Origin: Rhodosorus marinus CCMP1338
Lineage: Eukaryota; Plantae; Rhodophyta
NCBI GenBank assembly: GCA_029953675.1
Contig: JAMWBK010000002.1
Span: 1,364,001 to 1,428,000, forward strand
DNA length: 64,000 bases
Reading direction: 5' to 3'
A program made the position numbers and the translations under genes. Numbering within the stretch: the stretch's first letter is position 1; each line of letters begins with the position of its first letter. Below are positions 61,296 to 64,000 of the stretch, in pieces. The notes beneath the pieces were generated by a model. The model ran no database searches. It saw nothing but the letters and a program-made list of their open reading frames with translations, and had not been told where the DNA came from.

Positions 61296-62708
61296 ATGGA
61301 GTTTTCAGATACAATTGACTCGACGTGCCAGGCGAAGATGTCCTGGAACGGAGAGCTCGTGGCGGGAATGGAGGGGCAGCTTCTTGTCATTAGGAATACT
61401 CAGACTGCTGAGGATGTTCAGGTACGCTTGGGTTTCCATGATGGGGGGCGCTGGGTTCACGCGCTCCTCGTTCATTTCTTTTCACACTCACCGGGTGAAA
61501 GAGACCTGTATCGTCGAGAGCCTAATAAAACTCTTTTCTTACAGGCGTTTCAAATAGACTCTCCTGTTAGAGAGCTGAAGTGGTCCCCTGACAGTGAGTT
61601 GGTGATGTGCATAAACGTGAAATCGATGACGATTGACGTGAGATCCGTATGTGATCCAGAGTGGAAATGTACAATAACTGAAGGATACAATCATATTTGC
61701 GATGCAGTGTGGGGACCAGATTCGAGATGTATAGTTTCAATAGCCAAAGCAGATCTTCGGGCGACGGTTTGGTCTCTGGTGTCCGTGGACGCCCTGTGCG
61801 ACATCCCGGGTCCAAGACATGGAGCGAAGGGGATAAATTTCCGATCGGACGGCTCGTATGCTGCAGTTGCATCGAGGAAAAGTGGGCGAGATCTCGTCAC
61901 TATATACGACACAGTTTCGTGGAGGGAAACGGCTTCTTTTGACCCCTTGACGAAAGATCTTGCCGGATTGAGCTGGAGCCCTGATGGACATTGCCTCGCC
62001 GTGTGGGACTCCAGAATGGAATATTTTTTGGGTTTGTTTACGGCGAACGGAATCCTGTTGAACAGATATACTGCCTATCGAAATGCTTTGGGAGTCGTTG
62101 CTGTGGAGTGGTCTGCGCTGGGGGAAATGATTGCTGTCGCAAGTTGTGATGGCTACGTACGGATTCTGGCAACAGCCACATGGAGAGTTTTATGCGAGTT
62201 TGAGCACACTGATAAGGTGGTCAACACTGTCACATTCAAGGAGAGCTTTATACATGTTGATGAAGGAGACCCGAGAATTGGCTACAATGCTTCGGACGGG
62301 GAGAATGTCATTACACTGAGGGACGAACAGCAAAAACAGACTTCCTCTTTTACGCGGGACTTTGCCAAGCTGGAGTGGAACTCGAAAGGAACCTATATAG
62401 CGTGTGTCGATTCCGCCTATCCAAACGTTGTTCAGATCTGGGATATCCGTGGAAGACAGCAGGCTGCGGTTATCGTTCAGCGCAGCCCTGTTACCGACTT
62501 GAAGTGGGATATTTCTAGCGACAGACTCGGACTCTGCACCGCGAACTCCTACCTCTATTCCTGGAGACCGGAGGGTTCGTCGTGTATCTCCTTGCCACTT
62601 GACGGGTTTTCTTGTCGTCTTCTAGACTTTTCTTGGAACGGAGATTGTATCATGCTGCAAGATCGCGATACATACACCCTGGGATACGATGTATCCGCCA
62701 GCGGATGA
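61296..62708 (+). CDS. WRAP73: WD40 protein WRAP73/WDR8
   Basis: MEFSD start; LVIRN; LKWSPDSELV; DPEWKCTITEG; WGPDSR; LRATVWSL; WSPDGHCLAVWD; IAVASCDGYVRIL; VQIWD; LYSWRPEG. An in-frame 123-nt intron sits at 61422-61544. Confidence 0.88.
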   Translation: MEFSDTIDSTCQAKMSWNGELVAGMEGQLLVIRNTQTAEDVQVRLGFHDGGRWVHALLVHFFSHSPGERDLYRREPNKTLFLQAFQIDSPVRELKWSPDSELVMCINVKSMTIDVRSVCDPEWKCTITEGYNHICDAVWGPDSRCIVSIAKADLRATVWSLVSVDALCDIPGPRHGAKGINFRSDGSYAAVASRKSGRDLVTIYDTVSWRETASFDPLTKDLAGLSWSPDGHCLAVWDSRMEYFLGLFTANGILLNRYTAYRNALGVVAVEWSALGEMIAVASCDGYVRILATATWRVLCEFEHTDKVVNTVTFKESFIHVDEGDPRIGYNASDGENVITLRDEQQKQTSSFTRDFAKLEWNSKGTYIACVDSAYPNVVQIWDIRGRQQAAVIVQRSPVTDLKWDISSDRLGLCTANSYLYSWRPEGSSCISLPLDGFSCRLLDFSWNGDCIMLQDRDTYTLGYDVSASG

Positions 62709-64000
62709 AGACCCTAGGCCTGTATGTCACACCAACTTTGAGAAAAACCGAAACTAGATAAAACTTTTCAGTTTGAAAATAGATTTGGGGTCGAGCTATG
62801 TATAAATCTACCTCGTTCCCCTTCAACTGTGAAGCTCGAACAGTGCCTGATCCAACGACGGGACCAGCACCAACATTGCGCTCGACTCGCATCGGCAATA
62901 CTATGTTGCCAAAATCAACAACCAAATCCACCATGAAATACCCAATTCATTTATAATAAAGTTTATAAACATCTTCGCCCAAATTTCAAGCTATACATAG
63001 ATTTGAATACCTACAATTGAATAAAAATGGACTCTATTCAAATAAAATTTCACAAAACCTATTAATGATTCACATTAATTGGAAAATAGTAGTAAATTTA
63101 CAGAAACAAGCCTAAGCGGATCCGTAGGCGTTCAGAAGCAAACACCAACTGCTAGTTACGCACCAGCTTTCGAGCGGGCTGACAGTCTCTAAGCAGAGCG
63201 AGGACTACCCATGGGGAGCCGGACGATGGAGCGATGTGCATGTTACATACCTCTGCATTCTGCAGGTATTCGATCCCGCTGATTTGAGCACGCGTAGTGC
63301 CGAGCCGGCTACGAATAGAAGGATGAAGACTTGTGGATACTCGTGCGGCAGAGCGTGTCCTGAAACCTCCATCATCATAACATACAAGAAAAGCTGTTAA
63401 TGAGTCGGGAGGGGGAAGTTTCTGGAGACCACCGTCCCCATCAGCTTTGCCCCTTCCCAGACTATGTGAATCTCATCAAAAAAACATCCACCGCTGCTTT
63501 GTTCGGTTTTCAATGTTGAATATTTCCTTGTCGCGGATTATGAAGCCATCGAGTCGGTATTGCCAACTCGATGGCTTCATAATCGATAGTCGTGGAACAA
63601 ACGGTTTCCTTTTTGTAAATAAAAATTCAGTGTTTCGACTGTGTTAGATGAGGCGACAAAAAAAAATATCAAAACACTGCGATCGATGATTTCATATCTG
63701 GGGTCGGTTCATGGAGCACTCTAGAGTAGCCCGGAATGGATATCAGTTGTTTTAAATATAAAACGCCCAGAAACGTATCAAAAGGAAAATCTCCCCCCCC
63801 CCCTTCTTTTGCGAGAAACACCTTACACAGCATTTCTTGCAACCGTGGATAAGAGCTTTTCTTGTGGATTGTTTATGTACGCAGGGACTATCAAAGTCAG
63901 CCATTCAATCCTTTCACATATATATAGACTGAAATATCGATTGAACTAGCCTTTAAATCTTTTTCATAACCCGTACGATAGAATGCCACGAAGGCAGCAT

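Overview
Gene-dense eukaryotic nuclear DNA with short GT-AG introns (mostly 45-125 nt), so most genes are split across several entries of the ORF track. The likely source is a unicellular red alga (inference). Support comes from a plant-type catalase, GLYR, ArgC and cysteine synthase with N-terminal targeting-like extensions (the latter starting MAF), a THAQKYF MYB and a CBM48 starch-binding protein; the species cannot be determined from sequence alone. About 20 protein-coding genes were reconstructed by eye: CDPK, a photolyase-like/RUS fusion, PP4 catalytic subunit, EMC4, catalase, BRAP2/ETP1, an HeH/LEM-like membrane protein, RCE1, a putative SLF2/Nse6-like protein, an acidic CBM48 protein, two beta-hydroxyacid dehydrogenases, ArgC, a MYB, a frameshifted cysteine synthase, a CRM/YhbY protein, DHX16/Prp2, a PiT phosphate transporter, an orphan, HDHD2/LHPP and WRAP73. 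A gene-poor block at 52-59 kb holds short duplications and a decayed Ty3/Gypsy element. No rRNA, tRNA or CRISPR array was found. The most striking item is a 9-exon, about 734-aa minus-strand gene (5623-2613) that fuses a truncated photolyase/cryptochrome domain in frame to a RUS (DUF647, UV-B/vitamin B6-related) domain. Family assignments rest on motifs recalled from memory; no database search was run.
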